A stretch of DNA of 63,319 nt, the filler included, from Vermamoeba vermiformis (Eukaryota): NCBI GenBank assembly GCA_045837725.1. It is 3 parts of 3 records of this genome, joined end to end, with 100 filler letters (N's around TTAATTAATTAA, not from the genome) between each part and the next. Parts side by side here need not be neighbours in the genome. Positions count along the whole stretch, not along the records: positions 55,521 to 63,319 come from JBEWZL010000065.1; 2 more parts are not named here. One strand, written 5' to 3'. The translations under genes and the position numbers were made by a program. The notes beneath the pieces were generated by a model. That model did no database searches, had not been told where the DNA came from, and saw nothing but the letters and a program-made list of their open reading frames with translations. Shown piece by piece: positions 62,716-63,319 of this stretch (position 1 is its first letter; every line of letters begins with the position of its first letter).

Positions 62716-63319
62716 TTTTTTAACCTTTCCTGTAGGACTTTGTCTTTCCCAAGCCTTCACCTTGCCTTTGTCCAGTCTTGCCCTCTGATTCCTTTGTACT
62801 CAATTGTAAATTTGTAAATAAACATTATATTAACTCCAGCTTTTGCTTGTGCTACCCAGTATTTTACTATGTTGTTTGCAAATAAAAATTATGCATTTTT
62901 AAAAGCTTTATTTTTTTACATGACCACACCATTTTGATTACAAGTCCCAAATATAAAATGTATTTTGGTTGGAAAAAGTTTGACAAAAAAGGAGTTTGAA
63001 GGCTCTTTAAACTCTATAACCTGTGGGTTTTTATAACCCAGAAGCCCACTATAGTATTAAGCACTAAATACAAATAAATGCTAATAATTCAATGTACTTA
63101 CATTTAGTGTTGTGAGAAAACCGTACTTTTTGGGGCGTGATCCAAGAGAGCGCCAGGTCCAAGACCAATGCGTATCAGGCCGGCTATATTACAAGTTAGT
63201 ACTAAGTTAGTACTTGCGTTATAGAGTGTAATTTACATACTTATAAAGTTTCATGGCCGTGCCAAGTAAAATTTAGCGGATCTGTTACTTCTCGCGCAGC
63301 TTCATCGGGCTCAATGGTT

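Noticed and set aside
63100-63319. Possible right terminus of the ParB-like element, or continuation of the truncated dehydrogenase
   Set aside because: CpG resumes near 63122, but no TIR, TSD or telomeric tract is visible and translation does not match the expected dehydrogenase continuation.

Overview
Eukaryotic (protist-like) genomic DNA with short AT-rich GT-AG introns and TTAGGG tracts, in three contigs joined by two N-gaps that carry an artificial TTAATTAATTAA spacer (24528-24626, 55421-55520), so adjacency across the gaps is unproven. Host genes: a CH-domain coiled-coil protein, two tyrosine-kinase-like kinases, an aquaporin, a C1q-domain protein, two F-box proteins, a bacterial-type GH30, an AIFM2/FSP1-like oxidoreductase with an inserted RGS domain, an S74-autocleavage/TM/LRR protein, an N-acylated Rab, a TLC-domain protein, RPN10, an AAA ATPase and a GT14. 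Four mobile or mobile-like regions stand out. (1) 19739-24527 starts with telomeric repeats that truncate a dehydrogenase gene, then has a 16-bp satellite and a CpG-free ORF resembling a tyrosine recombinase. (2) 25208-28145 is a piggyBac-like transposase predicted to be spliced in frame to an N-terminal USP deubiquitinase. (3) 34062-35419 is a 1.36-kb LTR mini-element with identical LTRs and a 4-bp TSD. (4) 56000-62720 is a multi-exon gene with a ParB/Srx-like domain whose introns and flanks carry paired 18-bp palindromes, next to a 10-copy array of a parS-like 16-mer; this is the best candidate for an undescribed system. All gene models and domain calls were made by eye from motifs; no database searches were run.
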